The translations under genes and the position numbers were made by a program. 64,000 nt of DNA from an uncultured Acidobacteriota bacterium (lineage in GTDB: Bacteria > Acidobacteriota > Thermoanaerobaculia > Multivoradales > JAHEKO01), in NCBI GenBank assembly GCA_963713825.1, contig CAVQNG010000003.1:1824001-1888000 (forward strand). The letters are read 5' to 3'. Positions 1 to 9,604 of this stretch are shown here, in pieces (position 1 is the stretch's first letter; each line of letters opens with the position of its first letter). Under the pieces are notes generated by a model. The model did no database searches and was not told where the DNA came from. It was given only the letters and a program-made list of their open reading frames with translations.

Positions 1-1
1 G

Positions 2-361
2 CAGGATATGGGAATCGTTGTCAACCCCGAAGGCGCCAAGATGCAAATGGAAGGCTGCATCACCATGGGGCTGGGCTACGCGTTTCGCGAGAACCTGCGC
101 TTCCGCGGCGGCGAGATCCTCGACAAGAACTTCGACACCTATGAGATCCCGAGATTTTCCTGGGTGCCCAAGATCGACACCGTGCTGGTGAAGAACGACG
201 AGCTCGATCCCCAGGGTGGCGGCGAGCCGGCCATCATCGGCATGGGCGGGGCGATCGCCAACGCCATCTTCGACGCCACTGGCGCCCGGCTCTTCCACCT
301 GCCGATGACGCCCAAACGTGTGCTGGAGGCACTGGCCCGGTTGCCTGACTTCGAGGGCTAG
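2..361 (+). CDS. C-terminal end of a xanthine dehydrogenase/isoquinoline oxidoreductase-family molybdopterin-binding subunit (5'-truncated by window edge)
   Basis: VVNPEGAKMQMEG...NFDTYEIPR...GGGEPA...AIANAIFDATGARLFHLPMTP are typical MoCo-binding C-terminal motifs. Confidence 0.88.
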   Translation, partial: QDMGIVVNPEGAKMQMEGCITMGLGYAFRENLRFRGGEILDKNFDTYEIPRFSWVPKIDTVLVKNDELDPQGGGEPAIIGMGGAIANAIFDATGARLFHLPMTPKRVLEALARLPDFEG

Positions 362-397
362 CTCGCCTCGCGGTCCGTCTCCAGCGGTAGCGCTCGA

Positions 398-2953
398 CTA
401 CTCCTGCCGCAGGGCCTGGACCGGATCCAGGCGCGAGGCGCGGTGGGCCGGCCAGAAGCCGGCGACCAGGGCCACACCGATGAGCACCAGGGAGGCCAGA
501 AGAAGTGTCTCGAGGTTCGACGGGTCGAGACCGAAGAGCAGGCCCGCCATGAGCCTACCCGAGGCCAGGGCCACGGCCAGACCGATGGCGACCCCGATGA
601 CAACGAGGACCAGGGCGCTCTTGAGCGCCATCCAGGTGACCTGGGTTCGCAGTGCGCCCAGGGCGATCCGGATTCCGATCTCACGTGTCCTGCGAGAGAC
701 GCCGTAGGCCACGACGCCATAGAGGCCGAGCGACGCCAGGATCAGCGCCAGCAGTCCGAAGAGAGTCGTCAGCTGGGCAATCATCTTCTCCTGTTGCAGG
801 GTCCGTTCGATAACGTCCGTCAGGGGTCGAGCAACGAGCAGCGGCAGGCCTGATGCGACCTCCGCGATGACACGGCTGACCTCGGGAATCAGCGTCTCCG
901 GCTTCTGGCGGGACCGGGTCAGAAGGGTGAACAGAGCCTGCATATTCTGGGCGACAGGAAAGTAGACCGTCGGGGTCGCTTCGGTGCGTAGATCGTGCTG
1001 CTTGAAGTTCCCCACCATGCCGACGATCTCGATGTCTTGGGCGGTGTCATCGCCATCGACGCCGAAACGCTCGCCAATGGGCGATCGGCCTGCGAAGTAA
1101 CGACGAGCGAAGGCCTCGTTGACGACCGCTACCTGCGGGGCGCCTTCAGCGTCGCTCTCGGCGAGGGGTCGTCCGAGCAGAAGCCGAGCCCCGATGGTCT
1201 CGAAATAGCCGGGCGTCACGAGGTCGGCCTCGATCAGAGCCTCGGAGTCGGTTTGGGGTTGGTAGCCATCGATCGAGATCGCGTTTACGTAGCGGCCGCT
1301 GCCGAAGGGTCCCAAATAGGCAATGCTGGCCGACTCGACACCCGGCAGCGCCTCGACTCTGGCCAGCAGATCTCGATACAGGCCCGGGAGTTGCTCTGGC
1401 GTGTACCCACCACCCTGGGGATCGATGTAGGCGGCGAGCAGTGCTTCGTGGATGACGCCGGTCTCCTCACTTCTCAAGTTCTGGAGACTGGCCACCAGCA
1501 GACCCGCGGCAACGAGCAGAGGCAGAGAGATCGCAACCTGAGAGACCAGGAGGATCTCCCGCAGTCCCCAGCCGCGGCCGGGGTCGTCGAAAGCTCCGCC
1601 TTCGCTTTTCATCGAGGCGGTCAGATCGGTTCGTGTGGCGCGCAGCGCCGGGATGAGACCGAAGAGCATCACGCTGAGGAGCGAGACGACGAGCGTGAAT
1701 CCCAGCACTCGGAGGTCGAGCCCCACGTCGATGGGGACGGCGCGGGTCGAAATCAGGCTGAGGAGCAGGGAGATCAACCACCGCGCCACGAGCAACCCCA
1801 TGGCGCCGCCCACGAGAGCTAGGATCAGGCCCTCGGTGAGGAACTGGCGCAGCAGCCGATTGCGCGTCGACCCCAGGGCCATGCGTAGTGCCACCTCCTG
1901 CTCGCGAGTCGCCGCCCTGGCCAATTGCAGGTTACCGACGTTGGCGCAGGCGATCAGCAAGACGAGGCCGACCACCGACATCAGGAATACGAGGGGCCTC
2001 GAGTACCTTCTCCGGAGCGGCGAGAAGCCCTTGGCGAACGGCTCCAACTCGGTCGAGAGAGCGGCGATCGTGCGCTTCGACTCTGCAGAGAGCTCGGAGC
2101 CCGCAGCGTCGGTCACGACCCGACGGAAGATCTCGTTGGTCCTGGCTTCCGCGGCCTGCACGGTGACGCTCGGATCCAGGCGTCCAAGGATTCTCAACCA
2201 CATCCTCTCCCGATCGTCGAGGAAGGAAGGTTCCCGCGTGATCTCGGACTGCATCGCGAGCGGTACCCAGAGGTCGGTCGAGAACCCGACCGTGACGCCT
2301 TGGAAGTCGGCAGAGGTCACTCCGAGAATGGTGTAACGGGCGCCGCTCAACTCGATCGTGCTATTGACGATGTCTGGGTCCTGCCCGAACTTCCGGGTCC
2401 AGAGTCCATGGCTGATCACGACCACCGGATGAGCTCCGGCAACTCGATTGTCGGCAGGGGAGAGGGTGCGGCCGAGAGCTGCCGGAACGCCGAGCAGGTC
2501 GAAAAAGTTGCCGCTCACCAGGCGTGCCTGGAACCTCTCCATGGGCTCGCCGGGCACGGGTGCCTCGTCGGTGGCGAAAACGTCGATGGGATAGCTCGAC
2601 AGAGCGGCCAGGCCGCTGAAGTACTCACCTTGCTGTTGGAAGTCCTGATAGAGGGGATAGGAGAAGAGGCTGGTGTCTCTCTCCTCGGGCGTATCGGAAA
2701 TCCTCTGCCCCATCCTGGCTTCGGCGCCGAAGACGTAGAGCTCCTCGGGGCTCTCGACCGGAAGGGAGCGAACCATGACGGCGTTCACCAACGTGAAGAT
2801 CGCGGTGTTGGCGCCGATGCCGAGAGCCAACGTGAGCGTCACCACGAGCGTGAACATCGGGCTCTTGACCAGGGACCTTGCTCCGTAGCGAAGATCCCGG
2901 AAGAAGGTTTCGAGAAAGTCGAATGGTGTCTTGGTCGAGTGGCTGCTGGTCAT
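398..2953 (-). CDS. Duplicated MacB/FtsX ABC permease (acidobacterial ADOP-type), 851 aa
   Basis: RDLRYGARSLVKSPMFT..LTLALGIGANTAIF, VLLIACANVGNL, GLYGVVAYGVSRRTREIGIRIALGA, RASRLDPVQALRQE; start placed at ATG 2953, not the ORF-track start at 3979. Confidence 0.92.
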   Translation of the reverse strand: MTSSHSTKTPFDFLETFFRDLRYGARSLVKSPMFTLVVTLTLALGIGANTAIFTLVNAVMVRSLPVESPEELYVFGAEARMGQRISDTPEERDTSLFSYPLYQDFQQQGEYFSGLAALSSYPIDVFATDEAPVPGEPMERFQARLVSGNFFDLLGVPAALGRTLSPADNRVAGAHPVVVISHGLWTRKFGQDPDIVNSTIELSGARYTILGVTSADFQGVTVGFSTDLWVPLAMQSEITREPSFLDDRERMWLRILGRLDPSVTVQAAEARTNEIFRRVVTDAAGSELSAESKRTIAALSTELEPFAKGFSPLRRRYSRPLVFLMSVVGLVLLIACANVGNLQLARAATREQEVALRMALGSTRNRLLRQFLTEGLILALVGGAMGLLVARWLISLLLSLISTRAVPIDVGLDLRVLGFTLVVSLLSVMLFGLIPALRATRTDLTASMKSEGGAFDDPGRGWGLREILLVSQVAISLPLLVAAGLLVASLQNLRSEETGVIHEALLAAYIDPQGGGYTPEQLPGLYRDLLARVEALPGVESASIAYLGPFGSGRYVNAISIDGYQPQTDSEALIEADLVTPGYFETIGARLLLGRPLAESDAEGAPQVAVVNEAFARRYFAGRSPIGERFGVDGDDTAQDIEIVGMVGNFKQHDLRTEATPTVYFPVAQNMQALFTLLTRSRQKPETLIPEVSRVIAEVASGLPLLVARPLTDVIERTLQQEKMIAQLTTLFGLLALILASLGLYGVVAYGVSRRTREIGIRIALGALRTQVTWMALKSALVLVVIGVAIGLAVALASGRLMAGLLFGLDPSNLETLLLASLVLIGVALVAGFWPAHRASRLDPVQALRQE

Positions 2954-3175
2954 CAGCGGATCCTTCCTGATTGGCGCACATTCGGAACTCTCGCGCTCAT
3001 GGAATGCATCGGGCGTGCCAAGCGTTACCTTCAACGAGTAGCAGGCCTGAAGTGACCACCAGGCTGACAAGATCTGTTCGATCGCGGGATGTTCGGTCCC
3101 GAAAGCAGACAGCCTCGACAAGACCCGGAGGAACCTAGCAGGTATGATCGCACCTCCAATTTGGTGGAGAACCCG

Positions 3176-5083
3176 ATGAGACACCGACAGTCGATCCCAG
3201 TGCCAACCGTTCTTGTTCTGCTCGTTTTGGCCGTCCCGGCCCTGGTATTTGGGTCGCCGGGTCCCGTGCACGTCTCTCAATATGAATGGACGGATGTAAC
3301 TCGCATCGTCGCGATCGGCGATCTCCACGGCAGCTATGAGAAGGCTTTGCGAATTCTCGAGGCCGCTGGCCTGATCGATGGCGATCTGCGCTGGAGCGGC
3401 GGCGAAGAGCATCTGGTCATTACCGGCGACGTTCTCGATCGCGGCACGGGTGGACGGGAGTTGATGGATCTGATCCGTCGGCTGCAGGGCGAGTCGCAAG
3501 CCGCCGGAGGCTACGTCCACATGTTGCTCGGCAACCACGAGGCGATGAACCTCATGCGGGATCTGCGCTACGTCAATCCTGTGGCCTACCAGTCGTTCGC
3601 CTCGGAGGAGAAGAAGCCGGATCGCAGAGCCGCACTGAAGTCCTATCTGGCCAGTCGCCAGAAGAATGCGAATCGAGAAGTGGCGACCAGCGAGTTCGAA
3701 AAGAAGTACCCGCCCGGCTACTTCGCCCGCCAGCAGAGCCTCAATCCTGATGGCGAGTACGGCGAGTGGCTCCTCGGGCTCCCCGCCATCGTCATGGTCA
3801 ACGACGTGATCTACATGCATGGCGGCCTGACGGAGGAGATTGCGGAGGTCGGGGTCGACGAGACGAATCGGCTCGTGCAAAGTGACCTGCGGCGCCACCT
3901 GGAGTCGCGGGGGGTGTTGGAAAAGAGGGGGATCGTCGAGCCCTGGATGGAGTACGTCGACATCGTATGGGTCAGGCAACAGGGGAAAGAGCAGGGAGAC
4001 AAGCTAACGGAAGAACTGCGCCTGGCTGTCGATGGTCTCGTGGGGACGTCCGACAGTCTGATGCTAGGGGGGCGAGGTCCGCTGTGGTATCGGGGGGGGT
4101 CCCACGAAGACGAGCGCATCGAGCGCGACAGCCTGGAGCGCACCCTCGAGCTGCTGGAGGCCAGGGCGATCGTTGTTGCCCACAGTCCGACCGAGGGCCG
4201 GGAGATCACTTCGCGGTTTCAGAACCGACTATTCCGTATCGATCACGACATCAGCTCCAGCGACGCGCTGCAGGCCCTGGTGGTCGAAGGTGATGACATC
4301 CTGGTTCTGGATGCCTCGACAGGCCGAGAGATCGAAGCGCCAAGAGAGCTGCCGATCGGCAAGCTCGATCCGCAGACGGTCACACAATGGTCGGATGCCG
4401 AGCTGCAGGAGTTCCTACAGCAGGCGTCGGTCATCGCCTCGCGCGACCTGGGCCGCGGGAGCACCCGACCGCGCCTTGTGGAAATGGAGATGGCAGGCAA
4501 GAAGGAGCGCGGCATTTTCAAGAACGTTTCGATCGGTGGCGAGCCAGGGTTCGAAGGTCAAATGGACCGCTATGAGCACGAGGTCGCGGCCTATCGCCTG
4601 GACCGAGAGCTCGATCTGGGATTGGTTCCAGTGTGTGTCCTGCGCGAGTTGGATGGCGAGCCGGGCTCGCTACAGGCGTGGGTCGAGGACGCGGTGGATC
4701 AGGAGTCGGCCACGGCTTACGAGCTGGAGTTCTTCGATCGAGATTGGGTAAAAGAGCGCATCGCGGATGGCGTGGTCTTCGACGCCCTGATTGGCAACCC
4801 TGACCGGGGGGCGGACGACATCCTCTGCGCTGTGCAACAGGACAGGCTATTTCTCATCGATCACTCGAAGGCCTTTCCAGTCTCGTCGGAGATCGGTTGG
4901 GAAGAAGGTCGGACGGTATCGATCGATCCCAGCCTGATCGCCGCTCTTGAAGGTCTGGACCAGGCCTCTTTAGAGCAAGATCTGGGCGAGTTGCTCTCCG
5001 CCGACCAGATCGAGGCTCTTTTGGGGCGCCGCGACCAGATTCTCGAACACGTCACCCCAGCGGTCGGCGAAGCCGGACCCTAG
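3176..5083 (+). CDS. Secreted calcineurin-like metallophosphoesterase (Shelph-like) fused to a C-terminal PI3/PI4K/Fam20-like kinase-fold domain
   Basis: GGAGA RBS before ATG 3176; signal peptide; GDLHG, GDVLDRG, GNHE, HGG, GPLWYRG, AHSP; C-terminal HEVAAYRLDRELDLGLVP, FDALIGNPDRG, LIDHSKAF. Confidence 0.85.
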   Translation: MRHRQSIPVPTVLVLLVLAVPALVFGSPGPVHVSQYEWTDVTRIVAIGDLHGSYEKALRILEAAGLIDGDLRWSGGEEHLVITGDVLDRGTGGRELMDLIRRLQGESQAAGGYVHMLLGNHEAMNLMRDLRYVNPVAYQSFASEEKKPDRRAALKSYLASRQKNANREVATSEFEKKYPPGYFARQQSLNPDGEYGEWLLGLPAIVMVNDVIYMHGGLTEEIAEVGVDETNRLVQSDLRRHLESRGVLEKRGIVEPWMEYVDIVWVRQQGKEQGDKLTEELRLAVDGLVGTSDSLMLGGRGPLWYRGGSHEDERIERDSLERTLELLEARAIVVAHSPTEGREITSRFQNRLFRIDHDISSSDALQALVVEGDDILVLDASTGREIEAPRELPIGKLDPQTVTQWSDAELQEFLQQASVIASRDLGRGSTRPRLVEMEMAGKKERGIFKNVSIGGEPGFEGQMDRYEHEVAAYRLDRELDLGLVPVCVLRELDGEPGSLQAWVEDAVDQESATAYELEFFDRDWVKERIADGVVFDALIGNPDRGADDILCAVQQDRLFLIDHSKAFPVSSEIGWEEGRTVSIDPSLIAALEGLDQASLEQDLGELLSADQIEALLGRRDQILEHVTPAVGEAGP

Positions 5084-5114
5084 ATATCGCCGTCCAATCA
5101 GAGGGCCGATCCGG

Positions 5115-6122
5115 TCAGGGGACCGATCCGGTCCAGGCTGCCGTGTCACCCGATTCGAAGCCGTCCTGGAAGACCATCTCTCCGAAGGCCCCGATGTGAG
5201 TGGTGCTGATGACGATGTTGTCGAACCAGATGCGGTAGGACTGACTGGCCTCGGGAAAATAGTTCCAAACGATGAAGTGATTGAGCAGGAGCTCCTCGGT
5301 GTGCCGCCAAAGCACACCGGTGTGATGTGCGACCAGCTCACCGTCGATCCACAGCGCCATCTCGCCGTCGTAGTTGCCCGCGCCCAGAAACACAGTATTG
5401 GCCCGGATCATGGTTTCCACGGAGTACCAGCGATCCTGCTCCATTGAGACGGCAGTCCCTTGGTTCAAGTTGAAGTGGTTGCCCCAGCAGCACTCGAGCC
5501 CGTTGTTGCAGGGCAGTCCTCTGTTGGCACACCCTTCGCAAATGGCATTCGCATCCGCGTAGGTATTACAGTGACTGCCGGGATCGCAGCTCATGTCGGG
5601 AAAGTAGCTGTAGAAGAAGGGTTCGCCCGGTAGCACATCCGGCACTGTTTCGCGGCTGTCCACCGTCGCACCGTTCAGGCATTTGATGCCATTGGGGCGA
5701 CAGCCGGCTGTACCGTGGCAGGACCACGGGTCGTCGTCGCGGTCACCGTGAACTGCAAAGAAGTGGTGCATCGGACGGTCCCAGGCGCTGTCCCATTTCA
5801 TGTAGAAGCGAACGTAAATACGTTCTTCGCCGAAGAAGCGGTAGCCGAAGCTGGCTCCCGTGCCGTCGGTATCCAGGACCGCTTCCACCGAGCCGCTGCC
5901 TTGAAAGGTGTGCAGGCCTGGCACACCTGCGGTGACGAGAGTGGCGTCGTCATCGTGCTCCATACCCTCCCAGGAGTGGGTCTCGAAGTCGTTGCAGTAG
6001 ACAGCCGGATTCTGCTGGCAATAGGGCTCGATGGCCGTGAGCGGGCCGGCCCCGACCAGGGCGGCAACCAGGGCCGAGAGGGTGACTCGAGACCTTCGAC
6101 GGTGACAACCGAGCTTGCTCAC
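5115..6122 (-). CDS. Secreted ConA/polysaccharide-lyase-like beta-sandwich protein with Cys-rich insert and DGFESGD tail
   Basis: Signal peptide; IYVRFYMKW, RWYSVETMIRANT, DGEMALWIDG, IWFDNIVIS; ends VFQDGFESGDTAAWTGSVP. Confidence 0.7.
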   Translation of the reverse strand: MSKLGCHRRRSRVTLSALVAALVGAGPLTAIEPYCQQNPAVYCNDFETHSWEGMEHDDDATLVTAGVPGLHTFQGSGSVEAVLDTDGTGASFGYRFFGEERIYVRFYMKWDSAWDRPMHHFFAVHGDRDDDPWSCHGTAGCRPNGIKCLNGATVDSRETVPDVLPGEPFFYSYFPDMSCDPGSHCNTYADANAICEGCANRGLPCNNGLECCWGNHFNLNQGTAVSMEQDRWYSVETMIRANTVFLGAGNYDGEMALWIDGELVAHHTGVLWRHTEELLLNHFIVWNYFPEASQSYRIWFDNIVISTTHIGAFGEMVFQDGFESGDTAAWTGSVP

Positions 6123-6262
6123 GCTTGGATCGAGGGTACCAAGACAGTGTCGGCAGTTCAGTGGAGGTTCAACACTGTCTCGTGGGAGGTGCGGCCCAGT
6201 GTAGAATCCCAGTAAATAGGCAGGTCAAGATCGTCCAGCAGGAGCCGCGAGGAAGGGGCTCG

Positions 6263-8875
6263 ATGATCGACGATTCCATAGCGCACTACCAAATCCTCCG
6301 CAAGCTCGGTAAGGGCGGCATGGGGGAGGTGTTTCTCGCGCGAGACGAGAAGCTGGGGCGCAAAGTGGCCCTCAAAGTCCTGCCACCGGAGGCGGCGGGG
6401 AATCAAGAGAGACTCGAGCGTTTCCGGCGCGAGGCCAAGGCCGTCGCGGCGTTGAACCACCCCAACATCGTCACGATCTATTCGGTCGAGGAGGTCGACG
6501 GCCTGCACTTCCTGACGATGGAGTACGTGGAAGGCAAGACGCTGTCGGAGGTGGTTCCGAAGAGCGGTCTCAGCCTGGAGCGCTTCTTCGAGATCGCCGG
6601 TTCCCTAGCGGATGCCCTGAGCAAGGCTCACGAAAAGGGGATCATCCATCGCGACCTGAAGCCCCGCAACGTGATGGTGGATCGAGATGGGCGGATTCGA
6701 GTCCTCGATTTCGGTCTGGCCAAGCTGCTTCCGACCCAGCGCAGGGAGGATGTGGATCTCGACTCGACACAGCCGACCGAGGTGCTGACGGGCGAGGGGA
6801 AGGTAGTCGGAACGACGCCCTTCATGTCACCGGAGCAACTCCGGGGTCGTCCGCTGGACGCGCGATCCGACATCTTCTCCCTGGGCATTCTGCTGTATTG
6901 GATGTCGACGGGCCGCCATCCTTTCAGTCGTGACAGCTCGGCCGATGTCATCTCCGCGATCCTCACCTCCAACCCGCCTCCGGTGACTGAAATCAAGGAG
7001 GACATGCCACGCCATCTCGGGCGTGTCATCCGGCACTGTCTAGAGAAGGACCCTTCGCAGCGGTTCCAGACAGCCCTCGATGTGCGCAACGAGCTCGAGG
7101 CGCTGCGAGAGGAAGTGTCGAGTGGTACAGCAACTGTCAGCTCGGAGTCCCTGTTCCCAGCCGAGCCCGAGAAGCGATCGAGGCGCTGGCGTGGCCTGGC
7201 CCTGGCGGCTGTATCCGTGGTCGCAATCCTGGTGGGGCTTCTGGTTGTGCGCAGCTGTGCGAGCCCGCCCCAGGATCTCAGGACTCTGGCAGTGCTGCCG
7301 TTCGCCAACCTGACAGGCGATCCCGAGAACGACCACCTGGGAGAGGTCTTCAGCAGCGGCCTGACGTACGAGCTCTCGGGCCGGTATGGCCTCCAGACGG
7401 TGGGTCGATCCGAAGTCGCGAGCCTTATTGGGAATGGTGTCGGAGCGTCCGAGTTTGGCAAGCGACTGGGTGTTGGCTCTGTCGTCGACGGCGAGATTCT
7501 TCGCGAAGGCGACCGGCGAAGAGTCGTGGTCAGCTTGACGGACACGGCTAACGGTTTCGTGCTGTGGTCGGAGCCCTATTCCTCCTCAGAGCCGGGCCTT
7601 GTCGCGCTGCAAGAGGAGGTGGCCAGAGATCTCGGTGCGCTGCTGTCGATTCCAATGACCCCAAGGCAGCGACGGCGACTGAGGAAGAACCCGGCTGAAC
7701 TGACCCGCGCCTACTCTCACTATGTGCGGGGCCAGAGGTTTCTCGATCAAGCGGATGATCCGAGTGGGCCGGAATCCGCCGCGGACAATTTCCGACAGGC
7801 AATCCGGTTGCACCCGGAATTCGCCATCGCTCACGCCAGCCTGAGCGAGGCCCTGTGGCAGATGTACCATCGGGACCTGGACCCGCAGCTTCTCGAGCAG
7901 GCTGAAATCGAAGCCAATCTAGCCCTCGAGCAGGCTCCGGACCTGCCCGCTGCGCGAATCGCCCTTTCCCGGGTGCTCCGGAGCACGGGTCAGGTGTCAG
8001 CCTCGATTGAAGTCCTGGAGCAGGCCATCGCCGATCATCCGAACCCGGATGAGGCCTACAGAGAGCTTGCCGCGGGCTACGAGCGAATCGGCGAGTTGGA
8101 GCCGGCGGAGAGCTATTACAGGACCGCCGCCGCGCTCAACGAGAGCGATTGGCTGAACTGGAATCGCCTCGGAGCGCTGCTCGCTGAGCTCGGGCGTTAC
8201 GATGAGGCGCGGGTTGCTTTTCAGCGTGCAGTAGACGTGGCTCCAGAACACATTTACCGTCCGCTCGAGAACCTCGGAACCCTCTACGTCTATGAAGCCG
8301 ACTACGAGACGGCGATCGAGATTTACGAGAAGATCCCAGAGCCCATACCGTACGCGCTGCTAGCCACCAATATCGCCACGGCTTACTTCTTCAAGGGTGA
8401 CATGGACCAGGCGGTCGGGAACTTCGCTCTGGCCGTGAAGCTGGATCCCAAAGATGCGGCGCTGCGGCGAAACCACGGTGACGTGCTGTTGCGCATGGGC
8501 GACCGCGAGGCGGCGGCGGCCGAGTACCGTGAGGCGGTGGCCCTGATGGACGAGGAGTTATCCGTCAATCCGGGGGACGGTGAACTTTTGCTCCACCGTG
8601 CCATGTATTCAGCCAAAGCGGGCGACTGCGAAAGCGCCGTGTCGGAGGCGACCGAGTTGAAGGCGACTCTCCCGAAGACGGCATTCGGAGCGCACGAGCT
8701 CGCCTACATATACGCCCTCTGTGGGACGCGTGAGATGGCGCTGGTGGCCGTCCGCGAGGCGATCGATCTGGGGATCAACCCCGAGCTGATGGCTCAAGAG
8801 GACGAGTTCGCCTCACTCCAAGACGATCCGGAGTTCCAGGCCTTGACCGGTGGCGGGCCAGAGAGCCCGAGCTAG
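6263..8875 (+). CDS. Ser/Thr protein kinase with TM helix, TolB-N-like domain and TPR repeats
   Basis: GKGGMGEV, VALK, HRDLKPRN, DFGLA, FMSPEQ; TM segment; LAVLPFANL; TPRs; start placed at ATG 6263. Confidence 0.93.
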   Translation: MIDDSIAHYQILRKLGKGGMGEVFLARDEKLGRKVALKVLPPEAAGNQERLERFRREAKAVAALNHPNIVTIYSVEEVDGLHFLTMEYVEGKTLSEVVPKSGLSLERFFEIAGSLADALSKAHEKGIIHRDLKPRNVMVDRDGRIRVLDFGLAKLLPTQRREDVDLDSTQPTEVLTGEGKVVGTTPFMSPEQLRGRPLDARSDIFSLGILLYWMSTGRHPFSRDSSADVISAILTSNPPPVTEIKEDMPRHLGRVIRHCLEKDPSQRFQTALDVRNELEALREEVSSGTATVSSESLFPAEPEKRSRRWRGLALAAVSVVAILVGLLVVRSCASPPQDLRTLAVLPFANLTGDPENDHLGEVFSSGLTYELSGRYGLQTVGRSEVASLIGNGVGASEFGKRLGVGSVVDGEILREGDRRRVVVSLTDTANGFVLWSEPYSSSEPGLVALQEEVARDLGALLSIPMTPRQRRRLRKNPAELTRAYSHYVRGQRFLDQADDPSGPESAADNFRQAIRLHPEFAIAHASLSEALWQMYHRDLDPQLLEQAEIEANLALEQAPDLPAARIALSRVLRSTGQVSASIEVLEQAIADHPNPDEAYRELAAGYERIGELEPAESYYRTAAALNESDWLNWNRLGALLAELGRYDEARVAFQRAVDVAPEHIYRPLENLGTLYVYEADYETAIEIYEKIPEPIPYALLATNIATAYFFKGDMDQAVGNFALAVKLDPKDAALRRNHGDVLLRMGDREAAAAEYREAVALMDEELSVNPGDGELLLHRAMYSAKAGDCESAVSEATELKATLPKTAFGAHELAYIYALCGTREMALVAVREAIDLGINPELMAQEDEFASLQDDPEFQALTGGGPESPS

Positions 8876-8935
8876 ATCCAGGTGGCCGGGCTTGGTGTTT
8901 CGAGCCGCGCCTTCACGAGACCCGTGGATCTTTGC

Positions 8936-9349
8936 CTAAGGATGAATGATGGCTCCGGGATCGGAACTCGCGATCAAATTTCCCTCACCGTCAAAAAGCT
9001 CGACGACATAGGTCCAGTATGTGCCAGGGGTCGTGTCGTCATCGGGCGGCCCACTGAGTGCCCCGTTATTCGGATAATGGATGTCGACCGGAACATTCGA
9101 AAAGCACGCGAAGGTCTCATCTCTGATCCTGAGCATTTGATCTGGCTCCAAATCATCGACGACTACCCATTCGAGTTCTTGTCCATCACAAAACGGCTTC
9201 TTGCCAATAATGGGAGGGTTCTTGGGCGCCACGACTATCCTGAAAATCCCCTCTGCTTTCTTCTTCCCCGTGACTATGATGTTCACCCGCCTCGTTTGTG
9301 GGGGTTGATCAATAGTGATCGCTCGGCCTTTGTTGCCATCCGTCATCAT
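8936..9349 (-). CDS. Hypothetical beta-rich protein, 137 aa
   Basis: GGAGG RBS upstream; more AT-rich than neighbours by eye; ends SSDPGAIIHP. Confidence 0.65.
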   Translation of the reverse strand: MMTDGNKGRAITIDQPPQTRRVNIIVTGKKKAEGIFRIVVAPKNPPIIGKKPFCDGQELEWVVVDDLEPDQMLRIRDETFACFSNVPVDIHYPNNGALSGPPDDDTTPGTYWTYVVELFDGEGNLIASSDPGAIIHP

Positions 9350-9604
9350 CGCCCTCCTTCCCAGAGGAAAAATCCTCGCGGGGCATATGCCCCGGTTGCT
9401 AGGCTATTCAAATTGTCGCGAGCTCCCTAGACACTAGGACCCTGGGGTCGCCGCGTCAAGTCGAGCCAGCTTCTGGTTGGTCCCCGTCCCACCCCAATGG
9501 GTGTTGCGGAAGAGGCCCCGATCGGCAGACCCTGTGTTCGGTTGCCGAGGGGCTGGTGCCAAAGGAAGACCTGAATGGAACAGGGCAAAGAGAGGGAGCA
9601 GACC

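Noticed and set aside
2954-3979. N-terminal 340 aa of the 1193-aa ORF
   Set aside because: Antisense shadow of the phosphatase gene; permease homology starts only after Met 2953.
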